From: a virus
Lineage: Duplodnaviria; Caudoviricetes
DNA length: 64,000 nt
Reading direction: 5' to 3' (one strand)
IMG/VR virus record: IMGVR_UViG_3300044475_000035
Location: 1-64,000 of that record
Made by a program: the position numbers and the translations under genes. Positions within the stretch are counted from its first letter, which is position 1; every line of letters begins with the position of its first letter. Under the pieces are notes generated by a model. The model did no database searches. It saw only the letters and a program-made list of their open reading frames with translations, and was not told the DNA's origin. This document shows positions 29,391 to 39,904 of this stretch, one piece after another.

Positions 29391-30845
29391 TTACCCTGCA
29401 TTATCTAAGTTGTTATCGTTGTCGTTAGAGTTAGTTGCTGCCTTTCTTGAACCTTCTAACGGGTTATCTAACTCTTGTCCACTCTTACTTGTACTTTCAG
29501 GTAGAACATCATCAAGGTTTGTACCTTCGGGTAATGAGTCTAATCCGATTAAGTTAAGAACACGATCTACAACTTCTTTAGTTCTTGGTAGTAAGCCTAC
29601 ACTAGCCGTTCTTTGGATAAATTTTGAGACTTCTTCGATTGAGACAGACTCTAAATCATCAATATCCAAATAAGGCAATCTAGTTAAATCCCAACCATTC
29701 AATCGACCTAACATTGGAATCAAATGCTTGTTAATTACATTACAGATTTCTTTTAATTTAGATTCAATAGCAATAGCAGATAAAGTACCTTTGATATTAC
29801 CTAAAGCATAACTACCTGTACTACCCTGTCCCATTATGAGAATATCTGCACTCAATGCCGTGAGGATAGAGTTTACATAGTATTGTTTAATACTTGATGT
29901 ATCATAAGCTTTACCACCTTCATTCTTTAACAACTCAAACTTGTACAATGGTTGTTTAGTTTCAGGGTCAATCTTTTGTGGTAATACTAAACCTGCTTGT
30001 TGGTTTTGATGAATATTCCTTACGATGTTCTTCCACAACTCATACTGCGCTTTTGTAACTGCATCAGCATCAGAAGCCATAACTTCGGGTGGAATCCAAG
30101 CAATAGGTACTCCACTTAAATCTTTCGACAAACCTGTTGATTCCAGTTCTTCACAAGCTGTCTTGTATTTCCAAGAGAAGTAACAAGCGTTTAAAGGAGA
30201 ATCACCAATAGGAGAATCTTTCTTCTTACCCAACCTAAACAATAAGAACTTATTTCTAGGGATTTTGATTTCAGTACCTTTAGCTGATACTAGTACTTGT
30301 CCTCGTTTACCTGTTACAGCAATAGATTGTGTTACACTCTCTAAGTTCTGATCATCATCGTAATTCCACTTAGCAATAGTATCTTGTGATCTAATTGGTA
30401 ACTTACGGATACCAATCTTACCATCATTATACAAACTGCCTTTAGAGTATAATCTCTTACGAAGTACAATCTCGTTTACACAGAAGCCGTATGTATTCAT
30501 ACTACTTACTTCTTGGATAAAGTCTTGCCAACTATGTTCCATATCATCTGTGCATTGTTGAGCAAACTCGGCATAACCTTTCTGTTCTTCATTAGCTAAT
30601 GGATGAGGTTTAAACTGAAACTTAGACTTTAACATCATGTGTTCATAGTAGTTTAAAGCAGAAGCAATAGCACTATCATAAGACATTTGTTTATAAGTGA
30701 TTACACTGTATGGGAACTGCAATTCTCGTTTTAACGACTCATAGATTTGCCCACTAGCTACACTAAGTCCTGTATAACCAATTTCACTCATTGCTATCTT
30801 TTGGGTTTCTTTTGATGCTTTTTCTACATCTACTTTTTCATTCAT
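29391..30845 (-). CDS. portal protein
   Basis: EIGYTGL, YGFCVNEIV, KLPIRSQDTI, GSYALG; follows TerL. Confidence 0.9.
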   Translation of the reverse strand: MNEKVDVEKASKETQKIAMSEIGYTGLSVASGQIYESLKRELQFPYSVITYKQMSYDSAIASALNYYEHMMLKSKFQFKPHPLANEEQKGYAEFAQQCTDDMEHSWQDFIQEVSSMNTYGFCVNEIVLRKRLYSKGSLYNDGKIGIRKLPIRSQDTIAKWNYDDDQNLESVTQSIAVTGKRGQVLVSAKGTEIKIPRNKFLLFRLGKKKDSPIGDSPLNACYFSWKYKTACEELESTGLSKDLSGVPIAWIPPEVMASDADAVTKAQYELWKNIVRNIHQNQQAGLVLPQKIDPETKQPLYKFELLKNEGGKAYDTSSIKQYYVNSILTALSADILIMGQGSTGSYALGNIKGTLSAIAIESKLKEICNVINKHLIPMLGRLNGWDLTRLPYLDIDDLESVSIEEVSKFIQRTASVGLLPRTKEVVDRVLNLIGLDSLPEGTNLDDVLPESTSKSGQELDNPLEGSRKAATNSNDNDNNLDNAG

Positions 30846-30885
30846 ATTCTTCCTCTAACGATTGTTGATGTAGCTGCGTATTCAT

Positions 30886-32337
30886 TTAAAACTCCCTACT
30901 AAATGGATTCTCTTGTGTAAATGAAGTAATGTCTATTTGTGGTAATGCTAACTGTTTGTTTATTAAGTAGAAATTGTCCGATGTGGCATCGACCATATCA
31001 TCATGTCCTTTCCTACCACCATCAAACTGCTCTAATTCATTGAGATAAGCTTCACACCACAACTCATCAGCAGGACGACCATCATCTGTTACATACTTTA
31101 CATAACCTGCTTCTGCCATAGCTGCAAATGGACCAAACCGTAATACTTTATTTAACTTAGGTTTGATTAATCTTACTGTAAAACCTCTTTCAGCTAACTT
31201 TGCTTGCAGGGTTCTTGCATAACTGTTACCACCTGCTCCTGCATCTAAAGGCAATGAGATTATAACATCATACCCATCTGCTTCTGCTGTTTGTAATACC
31301 ATTTCTTCAACACCTAGAAACTTCTTACGAAACCTCACAACATCTTCAATAGTAATTACCTTATCTTTATCTCTTGATAACAATACACCTGCTGTATAGT
31401 CAGGGTCTTTATATGTTTCACTAGGTTCTGATGCAGCTAAATCCCAAGACCTTACTCTGTGTGTAGCTTTAGGGTTAGGGTGTGTTACTCTAGTCAACCA
31501 TTCACGTTTAAAGTAACCTGCTGATTCTTCTCGTGCTGTCCAACTACCGTACAACAAACGATCTTGCTCTACACGAGAGAGTTCTTTTAGTTTACCGATA
31601 TAAGCTTTAGAGATAAATGGATTGTCATACACTGTACTTCCGATAACGCACATTGAAGTAATACCACTATCTTCTTCTTTACCGTATACCTTTTCTGCTT
31701 CTTCTCTTGTGTTATACCAATCTAAACTGCCATCACGTTGCTTAACAAAGTATCTAACCATTCCTCTCTTACTCGGGTCAGGGATACCTGTTTCAGGGTC
31801 TAACCACCACCATATTTGATTCTTTAAGAAACTATCACAGTGAGGGTTTGTTGCCATTACCATACAAGCTTTATGATCATTCTCAGCTAAAGCATTACGG
31901 TTACGAGAACGAAGATATGTAATCATTTCTTCTGTAAATTCTGTTGCTTCATCAAAGGCAATATAGTCTGCTTGTAGACCCTTAAACTTCTCTTTAGCTG
32001 CTTCATTCTCATAATGACTAAACTGCAAAGACGCTCCGCTAGGAAACGTAATCTTCATGTGTTTAATACTGATCTTTAGTTTGTTGCCATATACCTTACG
32101 GTATAAAGATTGAGCTTCTTCCCATAAACCACCTTGAGATGATAACTGAGTTGAGGTTCTTCGGAAGATAACGCCTCGTGAATAAGGGCAGTTTACATAC
32201 CTAAACCATCTCAGTAAGATTGAATATGATTTACTACTCCCTGCACTTCCACTAGCGATAGTAATATCTGCATCTGAGTTAATGAATAACTCTTGTGGAA
32301 TACTTGCAGGAGCGATTACTACTTGTTCTTGCATCAT
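30886..32337 (-). CDS. terL: terminase large subunit
   Basis: Walker A GSAGSSKS, FDEATEF, ATNP, RSWDLAA, HDDMVDA. Confidence 0.95.
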   Translation of the reverse strand: MMQEQVVIAPASIPQELFINSDADITIASGSAGSSKSYSILLRWFRYVNCPYSRGVIFRRTSTQLSSQGGLWEEAQSLYRKVYGNKLKISIKHMKITFPSGASLQFSHYENEAAKEKFKGLQADYIAFDEATEFTEEMITYLRSRNRNALAENDHKACMVMATNPHCDSFLKNQIWWWLDPETGIPDPSKRGMVRYFVKQRDGSLDWYNTREEAEKVYGKEEDSGITSMCVIGSTVYDNPFISKAYIGKLKELSRVEQDRLLYGSWTAREESAGYFKREWLTRVTHPNPKATHRVRSWDLAASEPSETYKDPDYTAGVLLSRDKDKVITIEDVVRFRKKFLGVEEMVLQTAEADGYDVIISLPLDAGAGGNSYARTLQAKLAERGFTVRLIKPKLNKVLRFGPFAAMAEAGYVKYVTDDGRPADELWCEAYLNELEQFDGGRKGHDDMVDATSDNFYLINKQLALPQIDITSFTQENPFSREF

Positions 32338-32355
32338 CTTCCTTTATTATTTAGT

Positions 32356-32709
32356 TTAACCTTGTTTTTCTAATACTTTAAATGAAATGATAGGAGCATT
32401 AGTCTTTTCTTCATTATCTTGTTCTTCTGAACTGTTAGATTCTTTACCATAAGCTTCATTTAGTAACTTAGGGTATTCAGCAAGGATTAAAGCTGTTGCT
32501 CGTAACTTCCCTTGTTCTGATGCACCTTCGCTATCCAATACTTTCTCTGCATTAGCTAGAGCTTTAGCAACTAAAGGTTTATACCTACGAAGTAGTTGCT
32601 TTAACTCTTTCTCTCTTACTTCACTTCCTGTAAGAGACTTGGGATTAACCAAGTCCTTAGCATTTGGTCTTCCGTGAGGGTTTCCACTTTTTCCTTTTTC
32701 AAAAGGCAT
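32356..32709 (-). CDS. terminase small subunit (DUF5681-like)
   Basis: PFEKGKSGNPHGRP N-terminus; directly upstream of TerL. Confidence 0.8.
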   Translation of the reverse strand: MPFEKGKSGNPHGRPNAKDLVNPKSLTGSEVREKELKQLLRRYKPLVAKALANAEKVLDSEGASEQGKLRATALILAEYPKLLNEAYGKESNSSEEQDNEEKTNAPIISFKVLEKQG

Positions 32710-32718
32710 AATTAACTC

Positions 32719-35595
32719 CTATGTTAATTTGATAGTTACTGTTGCGTAGTTATTCACAACAGAACATAAAAGTCCACCGTCACTCACCATTTCACTGTGT
32801 AGTGTAAAGTTTGCGTGAGTATCAATCAAAGTAGCAGATTTACCTGCAAAATCTTGTGGTAGTGGTAGTTTTAACATTGAAACGTTCTGATGAATATCTA
32901 GCACTACCTTGACACTATCACCATCAGCATACCACGTATATACAGTAGCTTCGGGAAGAACACTAGAACTATAAACAGACCTATAGGCAACAGCATTTAC
33001 AACAGTACCACTTGGGATTAAACCACTTGGATATAAGTTAGAGGTTATAGCTTTAGGGTACATTTTTTTAGTACCACCGTTAAAGAAACCTGCATCATTA
33101 ACGTTCTGACGTAAACTTGGTTTAGTGATTCCTCTTTCTAATGAATACCCTACAACATGACCAAATTCTTTAACACTACCATTTTTAACGATGTGAGCTA
33201 AACGATCAGGTGGGTTGGTAGCACTTGTCCAATTTGCTTTAAGTAAGTAGATAATATCTGTTACAGAAGTAACATCAGTAACATTACTTAAATTGTAAGT
33301 ATTTGAACCTACTGTTACTGTATTCATTCTTGGAACATAGTAAAGTAGAGACTTACCTGAATAATTTAAAGCACCTGCTTGTGTAATACCTGAGAAGGTA
33401 AAATTAAGTGCAGATTTGGTTTGTAATTGAGTATTAACAGTACAACTTCCGTTGAGACTATAACGATAAACTGTACTAACTCGTACATCAGATGAAATGT
33501 TTGTGTTACTTAAATTTTGTTCGGTAGGTGTTCCTACGTTTGCTTGTAAGTACGTCAATGTAGCAGGTACACTCATAATATCGTAATTATCAACAAACTC
33601 TACAAACTTAACATCGTATACACCATTTTCTGTTAGCTCTATAAAACTGTCTGCAATAATCTTTTTACTGTGATTATTCACAGAAGGATAGAATTGCGTC
33701 AAAGATGAAGCTGTTGGTGTAATCGCTGATGTATTAGTTGCACCTGTGCTATGCGTAAGAGTTAAACCATTTAAAGATGTTGTAACGAACTGCCAATATG
33801 TTGAACCTGTATTTTGACTTACTAACCAAAGCTTGTTAACATCAACAACCCTTACAATAGTCCAAGTATTTGCACCTTGCGTCCATTGTGACCCTACATC
33901 AACAAAAGTCTTACCGTGAGCTGTCATTGTGATTTCTTGTACAATTAAAGCTCCGTGATTCGCACCGATATATGTACCATTATAATACAATGGTGCTGCA
34001 TCATCACCCAAAGCAGCTAGAGATGTACCTGTTGCAAAAGCAATAACAGTTCCGTCCCTAGAAGTACTTGATGGTATGGTTCTAACGTTTTGAGGGTTTA
34101 TTGCGTTATTCACCCAAAGACTGTTTGCTCCATATCTAATCTGTTGTACCAAATCTAAAGAGCTAGTGAATTTAGTTCTGATGTACGCATCTATTCCACT
34201 GATTGTTACTGTGAAAATATCTCCTGAAACAGTAGCTTCTTGTGAAGATGTTGTTGGGAGTGAAGAAGGTTTTAATACTAGATAAGTGCTTGAACCTGTG
34301 TATGGTGTAAAAGCTGTTCTTACAGAACCAATCTCTAACTTAGTATTATTAACAAGATTATCAAAATCATCAGTTGTATGCGTTATATAGGTCGTCATCA
34401 TTGCTATTTTAGCAATACTTGAACCTACAGGGATTGTAAACTTAACAGTCCTATCAGCATCAGAATAAGCAATACCTGTCGGAGGGTTTGGATTAACTAA
34501 CTCACCTGCGGATGGAATAGAGTGATCTACACCAAGATACACACCATTCGAATCGTATGTGTAAATTGCTCTAGTGAATGTAAACCCTTGATCTAAAGGT
34601 AATGCAAAGATGTACGTGTTACCTGCCGTAACATTATGCTTACCAAGAGAAATACCGTTTGCAAATGAAGATGTGTTACCTGTTGCGTAACTAATAATAA
34701 CACCGTTTGTAGCTAATGTTGGGTTATATAAGTTATTTGTTACGTTCTCTGTAAAGGCAGAATTTAACACATCTACGGCTGCATTAGTCAAGTCTATTTC
34801 ATTTCCAAAATCTGTCACAGGGGTAATAAAATCAGTAGATGTACCATCTGCAATAAACGGATTATAAACGTACATCTCTCTAGTGCTAGTTGTTTGCATA
34901 TTTATAATCAAACGAATTTTTACAGCACCAACCGTTACAGACCCTACGTTTACTTTAAATGTTTGTTTCTGCACTGCTGCTGATGCGCTTGTAATAGCAT
35001 AAGTAGAACTAATAATAGTGTTACTACTATTAAGTTGTTGGATACCAATGTAACCGTTACTCCCTGCTGTTAAATCCTCTACAGTAATCGCTGCTGAAAA
35101 GTCACGAGTAAATAGGCTAGCATCAAAATCCCAATAAGTGATAATTGAACCACCTGTAGATGCACTTACTAGCTTCATCTGTTTAATGTTGTTTCGATAA
35201 ACAAATGTTCTTGTACCTGTTGTTGATGTAGGTAGTGCGTTAAACAACACTTGATCTAATGTAAGCTTGTTAGGGTTTTGAGTTCTATTAAATTCTAAGT
35301 TATTTGTGTACGTTTGAGCTTGTGTTAAAGGGTCATAGTTTGATTTAGTTAATACTGTACCGTTCCATAAATACAAACCATTGTTTGTTGAGGTACTATC
35401 GTTTGTAACCTCTACTACAGTGTTAGCAGGGAGTGTAGAAGTTGCTGCTGTAGCTAAAGCTAATGTAGCGTAACCTTTATGTCCACCTGCAATAGCACCA
35501 ACCATACTATCTACATATGTAATATCTGCTTTCTTTTGTATTGCACTTGCGTTATCGTATAAACCTAGTGTTGTCGTACCACCACTTGTAATCAT
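32719..35595 (-). CDS. large spike/fibre structural protein
   Basis: GHKGYATLALA...LPANTVVEVTND....NNGLYLWNG..LTKS.YDPLTQA anchor, recalled from Acinetobacter phage spikes; long Thr/Ser beta-rich body. Confidence 0.7.
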   Translation of the reverse strand: MITSGGTTTLGLYDNASAIQKKADITYVDSMVGAIAGGHKGYATLALATAATSTLPANTVVEVTNDSTSTNNGLYLWNGTVLTKSNYDPLTQAQTYTNNLEFNRTQNPNKLTLDQVLFNALPTSTTGTRTFVYRNNIKQMKLVSASTGGSIITYWDFDASLFTRDFSAAITVEDLTAGSNGYIGIQQLNSSNTIISSTYAITSASAAVQKQTFKVNVGSVTVGAVKIRLIINMQTTSTREMYVYNPFIADGTSTDFITPVTDFGNEIDLTNAAVDVLNSAFTENVTNNLYNPTLATNGVIISYATGNTSSFANGISLGKHNVTAGNTYIFALPLDQGFTFTRAIYTYDSNGVYLGVDHSIPSAGELVNPNPPTGIAYSDADRTVKFTIPVGSSIAKIAMMTTYITHTTDDFDNLVNNTKLEIGSVRTAFTPYTGSSTYLVLKPSSLPTTSSQEATVSGDIFTVTISGIDAYIRTKFTSSLDLVQQIRYGANSLWVNNAINPQNVRTIPSSTSRDGTVIAFATGTSLAALGDDAAPLYYNGTYIGANHGALIVQEITMTAHGKTFVDVGSQWTQGANTWTIVRVVDVNKLWLVSQNTGSTYWQFVTTSLNGLTLTHSTGATNTSAITPTASSLTQFYPSVNNHSKKIIADSFIELTENGVYDVKFVEFVDNYDIMSVPATLTYLQANVGTPTEQNLSNTNISSDVRVSTVYRYSLNGSCTVNTQLQTKSALNFTFSGITQAGALNYSGKSLLYYVPRMNTVTVGSNTYNLSNVTDVTSVTDIIYLLKANWTSATNPPDRLAHIVKNGSVKEFGHVVGYSLERGITKPSLRQNVNDAGFFNGGTKKMYPKAITSNLYPSGLIPSGTVVNAVAYRSVYSSSVLPEATVYTWYADGDSVKVVLDIHQNVSMLKLPLPQDFAGKSATLIDTHANFTLHSEMVSDGGLLCSVVNNYATVTIKLT

Positions 35596-35609
35596 TTATT
35601 CTAACTCCT

Positions 35610-35867
35610 TTAAAGTGGTTGTTCTGAGATCAACACGGTAATTGTTATATTGTCTGTTGTTGGTGTCCATGCCCAAATTGGGAATCCTGCTGTTACATTT
35701 AAGTCATTTCTTAAAATTGTACAATAAGGGGTTTCTTCAATGTTAGGGGGAGTGGTTGAAACTGTATATCGTGTACCTTTACCAATAGTCTCTTGGACGT
35801 ATGCTGATCTAGTACCATCTAATATTTGAACAGGGGTTTCTGTAAGGACGAATGTTGTAGCAGGCAT
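35610..35867 (-). CDS. small structural or adaptor protein
   Basis: 85-aa beta-rich ORF immediately upstream of the spike gene. Confidence 0.55.
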   Translation of the reverse strand: MPATTFVLTETPVQILDGTRSAYVQETIGKGTRYTVSTTPPNIEETPYCTILRNDLNVTAGFPIWAWTPTTDNITITVLISEQPL

Positions 35868-35976
35868 GTCTTATCCTATTTCAATAGTTTTCCTATTTGT
35901 GGAAATCTTTAAATGTTTAATTGTTTTAATAAGAGCAATTCCTTATGCTCTTAAATATTTTTTATAACGACTGAGA

Positions 35977-37386
35977 CTATTCCCAAGTTGCATTGATTGA
36001 AACAACACCACGAATAATTTGAGAAGCTGTTGCCGTCCCAACTGGTATCTTTAAAATTATATGCAAATAGTTTCCTGCGTTTACAGATAAAGGTTGCCTA
36101 AAATCAACACGTAAATCAGGAACACTGCCTCCAACCGCTAAACCGACAGGAAGTGATTGACAACCCAATGGTACACGTCTTGGAGCTTTAGTTGACGCTG
36201 AGTCTGCTGTTGCTAAAGATACTGCTGTACCATCATAAGCAATACCCCACTGTAGTAATGTAGGGGTTGTCGCTACTGCTGCGCCCATATTAAATGTACC
36301 GATGTTAACGCCATGTACAACCAAAGTTCTACCTTGATTTGTTGCGGTTTGAGTAGGTACTTGGAATGCAAATAAAGCACAATCTGTTTCTGAACCTGAT
36401 ACTGCTGTAAATTGGAACTGTCCACCAAGACTAGTGTAACCTGCTGCTGTGTTAGATAATGTAGCTGATACAGGTGCAGCAGAGTTTGCCCAGTTAGCAA
36501 GAGACCCTGTTCCTGCTCCTACGACACCTTGAGAACCGATATCTCCACCTAGAGCAGCTAGGAATTGTCTGTCGTAACCATAAGTTCCACCGTACAAAGC
36601 ACCTACACAACGATGCAAGTAAACTTGTTGTGCTGTAGCTGTTGCAGAGGCGTTATATAATCTTGCACAAAATGGAGATGATTCTGAGGTAACAGGGCTA
36701 GGTGCTGTAATTCCTAGTGGAATACTTCCAACAACAACATCGTCAATCTGAAATACAATAGCTTTCCCCATAATCCAAATTACATAGTCGTGTGCTGCGT
36801 TTAAACTTGGAGTAGGGATAACACTTGTAGTTGACTCTGTACCCGTTACGGAAACAGATACACCTCTTAAAGTTCCATCTGAACCGTACCTAAAGAAAGA
36901 CCCTGATGTTGGGGAGGTTACTCCTGTAGCAACGAATGCTCCAATCTCTGTTACTGCTCCTGCTACAAGGTTAGGTAGCATCATACGCCAAGCGATTATT
37001 CTATCCGAACCTCTTGGAGTCTTAGCTTGTCGGTAAGATACTAAACGAGCTACTGCTGCTGATGCTACGGAGTTACCTGAGTTTAATGTAATAGAGTTAT
37101 TTGCTACCCCAACTGTCATCGTCCCTAGAACTTGAGACCAAATAGAAGGTGAAATAGCGGAAGCACTAAAACCTTGTTCAAAGTCTACTTGAACTGCTCC
37201 TGTTCCTAACAAACCTTGTGAGCTAGCTCCTACGGGAATTCGTACATTCCCTGCATCATCTGCAAATCCTGCAATCCCTACATAACCTGCCTGTTCTTTT
37301 ACGGAAGGTAGTGCTACTTTTAAATTAAAATTACTATCTACGTTAGCAACACCAGTTGAACTATCACCAGTTTCAATTAAAGCCAT
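35977..37386 (-). CDS. virion protein, putative lectin-like / receptor-binding
   Basis: Ala/Gly/Thr/Val-rich; HDYVIWI....VFQIDD ConA-like pattern; in the fibre cluster. Confidence 0.55.
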   Translation of the reverse strand: MALIETGDSSTGVANVDSNFNLKVALPSVKEQAGYVGIAGFADDAGNVRIPVGASSQGLLGTGAVQVDFEQGFSASAISPSIWSQVLGTMTVGVANNSITLNSGNSVASAAVARLVSYRQAKTPRGSDRIIAWRMMLPNLVAGAVTEIGAFVATGVTSPTSGSFFRYGSDGTLRGVSVSVTGTESTTSVIPTPSLNAAHDYVIWIMGKAIVFQIDDVVVGSIPLGITAPSPVTSESSPFCARLYNASATATAQQVYLHRCVGALYGGTYGYDRQFLAALGGDIGSQGVVGAGTGSLANWANSAAPVSATLSNTAAGYTSLGGQFQFTAVSGSETDCALFAFQVPTQTATNQGRTLVVHGVNIGTFNMGAAVATTPTLLQWGIAYDGTAVSLATADSASTKAPRRVPLGCQSLPVGLAVGGSVPDLRVDFRQPLSVNAGNYLHIILKIPVGTATASQIIRGVVSINATWE

Positions 37387-37399
37387 GTCAATCCTCTAT

Positions 37400-37807
37400 T
37401 TAATTAATAACGTACAGTATTCTACGATTGCCTTTTACTTTTCCTGTAAAAATACAATACACTGTACATGAACCGTTGTTAGTTTTTACTGCAAATTGTG
37501 CTGTATCCCATTCCCAGTCATCTGTTCCTCGATTTGTTGCAGGAGTTCCATCAGGATAAACTACAACTTTAGATGTAGCTAGAATCTTAGAATCTGTGAT
37601 GGTGAATTTAAATTCTTTTCTTGGTTTATTACCTAGATCAACTTCATAAGGGATTAGATTAAAACCTACAGTTGTTATCGTATCATCAGTGTGTTTAGTG
37701 TAAAGCTTACCATCAGCCGTATTAACAGCTAATTCACCAACTTCTATCTGACTAGTATTTGGGATAACTCCAAATGTACTGCTCTTTTTTGTAATTAACG
37801 TAGCCAT
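37400..37807 (-). CDS. fibre module with an Mtd_N/hyaluronidase-N-like domain
   Basis: KKSST.G.IP....EVGELAVNTADGKLY motif. Confidence 0.7.
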   Translation of the reverse strand: MATLITKKSSTFGVIPNTSQIEVGELAVNTADGKLYTKHTDDTITTVGFNLIPYEVDLGNKPRKEFKFTITDSKILATSKVVVYPDGTPATNRGTDDWEWDTAQFAVKTNNGSCTVYCIFTGKVKGNRRILYVIN

Positions 37808-37814
37808 ATATTAA

Positions 37815-38267
37815 CTAGAATACCCCACCATCTACTGTACCAACAGCTAGGGTGACGAAACCGTTTCCTGCATCCTTAGACCACTGCATACTAGAGTTCA
37901 TTCTTAGCACACCATCAGTTCCATCTGTTCCCCAAATATAACCTGATGTAGCACCTGCAACAACAGCAACTTTCTCGTCTGTACTTGCAGTAGGAATATT
38001 TAGTGCTGTTTTAAAACTATCAAAAGTAATTTTCTTTTCTTTTTGACCAGTTGCAGAAGCATCATGAATAATTAGTAAATCAGAAGACCCATCTACAGAT
38101 GCTAATGTTGTTAAATCGTCAATTGCAGGGACAACAGGAATTTTAGTTGTAGCGTCTGTTGCAACGTGTAATGTTCCCCGATCTGTGGTTACATGAGCTT
38201 CACCTGCGAGCATACCCGATGTTGGTAAATTTGCCTTTAAACCTCTGCGTAATTGAATACGTGCCAT
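37815..38267 (-). CDS. fibre module with an Mtd_N-like N-terminus and C-terminal DGG motif
   Basis: RIQLRRGLKANLP....AGE...TTD; ends VDGGVF. Confidence 0.7.
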   Translation of the reverse strand: MARIQLRRGLKANLPTSGMLAGEAHVTTDRGTLHVATDATTKIPVVPAIDDLTTLASVDGSSDLLIIHDASATGQKEKKITFDSFKTALNIPTASTDEKVAVVAGATSGYIWGTDGTDGVLRMNSSMQWSKDAGNGFVTLAVGTVDGGVF

Positions 38268-38276
38268 ATTTATTCC

Positions 38277-38522
38277 TTAGTTAAAAGTGCCCCCATCAAC
38301 GGGGGTAGTAATTGAGTCATCAGTGATATTCTCAGCAACCCATTCACCTGATTGAAAAGTTAGTACTTGACCATCTTGAGCAAAGGAAGTATTTACATCA
38401 GATAAAGACCCTAATGAATTAGTGTTTGTGTTTGGAGGAATCACGATATTTGTATCTGCATCTACTACAGAAATTACTACAGATGGTAAACTTTCTTCAA
38501 TAACTACGATCAAGTCTTCCAT
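38277..38522 (-). CDS. small fibre connector
   Basis: LGSLSDV....AQDGQVL.F..GEW fibre repeat; ends VDGGTFN. Confidence 0.65.
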   Translation of the reverse strand: MEDLIVVIEESLPSVVISVVDADTNIVIPPNTNTNSLGSLSDVNTSFAQDGQVLTFQSGEWVAENITDDSITTPVDGGTFN

Positions 38523-38863
38523 TCAGTTACTCCCATACTGATTTTAATACTACCTTCTAATGCTTTAAAGGTTTTTTCTTCTTTAATAAGAATCAAGTCA
38601 TATACAGACTTTGTGTAATATAATAAATCTGTGTCGTCACTACTTAAAATGATGGTTATAGCCCCAGTAGGAATATCTATGTGCAGTTTTAAATTTGTTG
38701 TACTTAGATCAAGAAGAAGTTCTTTTGAACCCTTATAAGGTTTGATTTGCATTCTAGCAGAATACCCTGTCAAATCTTTTACAGAGTTGTCTGAGTTCTT
38801 CAAAAGAATCATTTTCTGAAAAGGTATGCTTTTTTCAATTGAGAAATTATAAACGGCAGCCAT
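38510..38863 (-). CDS. BppU/LtfC-like adaptor
   Basis: DLTGYSARMQIK....G.I.I.LS..DT...VYDL....LEG.I...GVT. Confidence 0.75.
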   Translation of the reverse strand: MAAVYNFSIEKSIPFQKMILLKNSDNSVKDLTGYSARMQIKPYKGSKELLLDLSTTNLKLHIDIPTGAITIILSSDDTDLLYYTKSVYDLILIKEEKTFKALEGSIKISMGVTEWKT

Positions 38864-39030
38864 GTATTATCCTTTATCGTAATAGACACATCAATAGCCA
38901 CGCTAACCTGCCTTGATGCTGAGAACACATAAGCTGTTCCCCTCTCCACAACTATCGAACTTATTTGCTAAGTTCTTTATTTATTGTTGTTATGCTCATT
39001 ATTCAATGAGTCTTCTTGTTGCAAACTGAA

Positions 39031-39133
39031 TTGTCAATTAAGATTAATGAGTATTGTATCTAGTTGTCATACTCACTTACGGATACACAGAGTTTATTTA
39101 TCTCTAGCCTAGATTGGTAACAATAATTGACAA
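39031..39133 (-). ncRNA. putative structured RNA A (possible pseudoknot)
   Basis: 10-bp closing IR TTGTCAATTA/TAATTGACAA; internal TGAGTAT/ATACTCA stem whose loop GATACA can pair with upstream TGTATC. Confidence 0.5.
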
Positions 39134-39137
39134 AACT

Positions 39138-39359
39138 TTAATAAATTGGATTCTTCTGAGGGGTTACACAACCAAAATACATTTGTTGTTCTACAATCCC
39201 TTCAAACTTATAGTTCTTAGAATATTCAGCATCACGTAATATTTTATTTACTTCGTTTCTACAGATATTGCAGAATGTCTCTTCAATCGTCGTTCCGTCT
39301 TCTAATTTACGTTTACCTGTTGTTCTTGACAAGATTCTATCACAGCACTGACAACGCAC
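39138..39359 (-). CDS. small Zn-finger protein
   Basis: MRCQCCD...FCNIC; GTG start with RBS GAGGT. Confidence 0.7.
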   Translation of the reverse strand: MRCQCCDRILSRTTGKRKLEDGTTIEETFCNICRNEVNKILRDAEYSKNYKFEGIVEQQMYFGCVTPQKNPIY

Positions 39360-39399
39360 ATAACACCTCTTAATTATATTTGTTTATTAATTCTAAATC

Positions 39400-39518
39400 T
39401 TAAAGAAGGAGCAATCTGTAACGACATTGCAAATAGTTACACATGCAGTCTAAATCTATGCACTTGGACAGATTGTCAAACAACTGAATGAACCGAAAGA
39501 AGCATTGCTCCTCTTTAA
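39400..39518 (-). ncRNA. putative structured RNA C (multibranch)
   Basis: 15-bp closing stem TTAAAG(A)AGGAGCAAT/ATTGCTCCTCTTTAA; three internal hairpins. Confidence 0.55.
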
Positions 39519-39522
39519 AATC

Positions 39523-39717
39523 TAATCAAACAAGTAAGGCGTATGTTGAACTTAGCTGATTCGGTACAACCACGAATGTCTGTACTAACGGTTCGTTCAA
39601 TAGCCTCTAGGACTTCCTCTTACTTCTACTTACACCTAGCAGATCACCTAACTTAGAGCTTATGTATGCAAGGATAACGGTGTACATACTAAGCATCATC
39701 TTGTGATTGTTTGATTA
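39523..39717 (-). ncRNA. putative structured RNA B (~195 nt, multibranch)
   Basis: 11-bp closing IR TAATCAAACAA/TTGTTTGATTA; internal stems GCTTA-GTATGTA/TGCATAC-A-TAAGC, CTAGG/CCTAG, TTGAAC/GTTCAA, GTACA/TGTAC. Confidence 0.55.
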
Positions 39718-39904
39718 AGTTGTGTTTTATAGACTTTAACACCTGTCATCAATGTCTCTTAAAGAGACTTTACTTCGGGGAGAAGTATTCAGTATTGTAC
39801 ATTTGAAAGGCTGTACTTCACCCACAATCCAAACAGAGAAACTTGTTCTTGTGTAAGGTTGCTTATGGAGAGCTGATCTTATAACCATACTCTCAGGGTT
39901 AGTA

